From Octopus bimaculoides (lineage: Eukaryota), in the NCBI RefSeq assembly GCF_001194135.2, contig NC_068981.1:158196499-158260498 (forward strand): a stretch of 64,000 nt of DNA, in the 5' to 3' direction. This document shows, one piece after another, positions 62,690-64,000 of this stretch (positions are counted from its first letter, which is position 1; each line of letters begins with the position of its first letter). The notes below the pieces were generated by a model. That model saw only the letters and a program-made list of their open reading frames with translations. It was not told the origin of the DNA and made no database searches. The translations under genes and the position numbers were made by a program.

Positions 62690-63340
62690 GACGACAGACT
62701 TGGTCACCTAGGTAGCGGAAGCAGTATTCTTGTGGGTATATCCTATTGTTAGATTATCAGAAAGCTTATCAAATTTCTTTGAAAAGGCTCTTAGTCATCC
62801 ATGCCATCTTATTGACTGCCAAATCAGATGTAAATCAAACTACTCATCACCGCCTTTAAGTTAATTACCATTGCCAGTGCAAACAAAATCAGAGAAATGG
62901 CAAAATTTATGGCTATACGAACTTCCAAATTGATCCAGTCTGTTGTAAAATCCTTATTGAAGAATCACTTTGTGAAGCCATGAAAAGAACTTTCCCTAAA
63001 TTTCTTGGATGTTCTTTTGGATATGGTACATCTCAAGAGCCAGTTGGATCATCATGTGTGGAACTGATCCACAGGCATCTGCCAGTTTGAGCCATACAGC
63101 ATCAAGGTCTTTCCTCTCTGCTCTAGTTTTCTGGATTGACCTGTCCAGGTACTTATTACCTGTCAGGTATTTTATTAACAGAGAGGAGAAGTTTCCCTTC
63201 AACACTCAGAAGTGATATTTTGTCTAAAGTGATGATGTTACAAGAGTTCTGCTCTTTGGGAATATACACACCATCACCTGTCATGCACTGGTTGGTGATC
63301 TTCAGGTCTTTCCTTGGAGCCACACAAGAATGTTGGAACA
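62690..63340 (-). mobile_element. NeSL/HERO-like non-LTR RT remnant
   Basis: GVYIPKEQNS...ISLLSVEGK; DLDAVWLKLADACGSVPHMMIQLALEMYH; FTTDWINLEV..ISLILFALAM. Confidence 0.8.
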
Positions 63341-63654
63341 TCTTTTTTTTATATAGCAGATATCTATCTATCTACTTATCCATCCATCCATCCATCATGT
63401 ATTTATGTGTGTGTGTATACATATATATATACGCATACACGTATGAATATATACACATGCATGGCTTATACATATGCTTATACATGCATATTATATATAC
63501 ATACACATATATATATATATATATATATATAATATAACTTATATAAGGGCATTACTATACAGTAATGCCTCATCGGTAAATATGTGCTTATTTTGGTAGT
63601 TTTGACTAATAAAGTCCCTCTAAGCATGAGGCATTACTGTATAGTAATGCCCTT

Positions 63655-64000
63655 ATATCATCATCATCATCGTTTAACGTCCGCTTTCCATGCTAGCATG
63701 GGTTGGACGATTTGACTGAGGACTGGTGAAACCGGATGGCAACACCAGGCTCCAGTCTAATTTGGCAGAGTTTCTACAGCTGGATGCCCTTCCTAACGCC
63801 AACCACTCAGAGAGTGTAGTGGGTGCTTTTACGTGTCACCCGCACGAAAACGGCCACGCTCGAAATGGTGTCTTTTATGTGCCACCCGCACAAGCCAGTC
63901 CAGGGGCACTGGCAACGATCTCGCTCGAAAATCCTACGGGAGCCAGTCAGGCGGTACTGGCAACGGCCACGCTCAAAATGGTGCATCTCATGTGCCACCC
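63655..64000 (-). mobile_element. Young RTE-tail repeat copy with an internal repeat of about 110 bp (runs off the window)
   Basis: CpG-rich copy. acggccacgctc(g/a)aaatggtg..atgtgccaccc occurs at about 63850 and 63964. Confidence 0.85.

Noticed and set aside
1-64000. CRISPR arrays, rRNA, operon-like or viral modules
   Set aside because: No regularly spaced repeat-spacer array, rRNA-like sequence or gene-dense region was seen. The composition is that of repeat-rich animal DNA.

Overview
AT-rich, microsatellite-dense eukaryotic DNA from a gappy short-read assembly. The SINE, LINE and Helitron repertoire and the TTAGGG-type repeats look like an octopus/cephalopod genome (inference). No host protein-coding gene can be called with confidence, and most ORFs in the track are microsatellite or N-gap artefacts. 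The window holds three or four tRNA-derived SINE families and fragments of R4/Dong, NeSL/HERO, CR1, RTE and Penelope-like (GIY-YIG) retroelements. It also holds an ORF1-bearing L1/Tx1-like element nested inside a SINE, two Helitron derivatives, and Tc1/mariner- and piggyBac-type MITEs. The most interesting signals are: (1) seven type-I hammerhead ribozyme motifs from about four families, repeatedly arranged as head-to-head inverted pairs; (2) an apparently ORF1-only retroposon inserted into the tRNA head of a SINE with which it shares its 3' tail; (3) a foldback element whose centre is a (TTAGGG)n><(CCCTAA)n junction; (4) a tentative chain of small phase-2 exons, including two 21-nt microexons, near a CpG-rich to CpG-poor transition at about 26 kb. 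Repeat boundaries without target-site duplications (TSDs) are approximate, and all identities are hand estimates.
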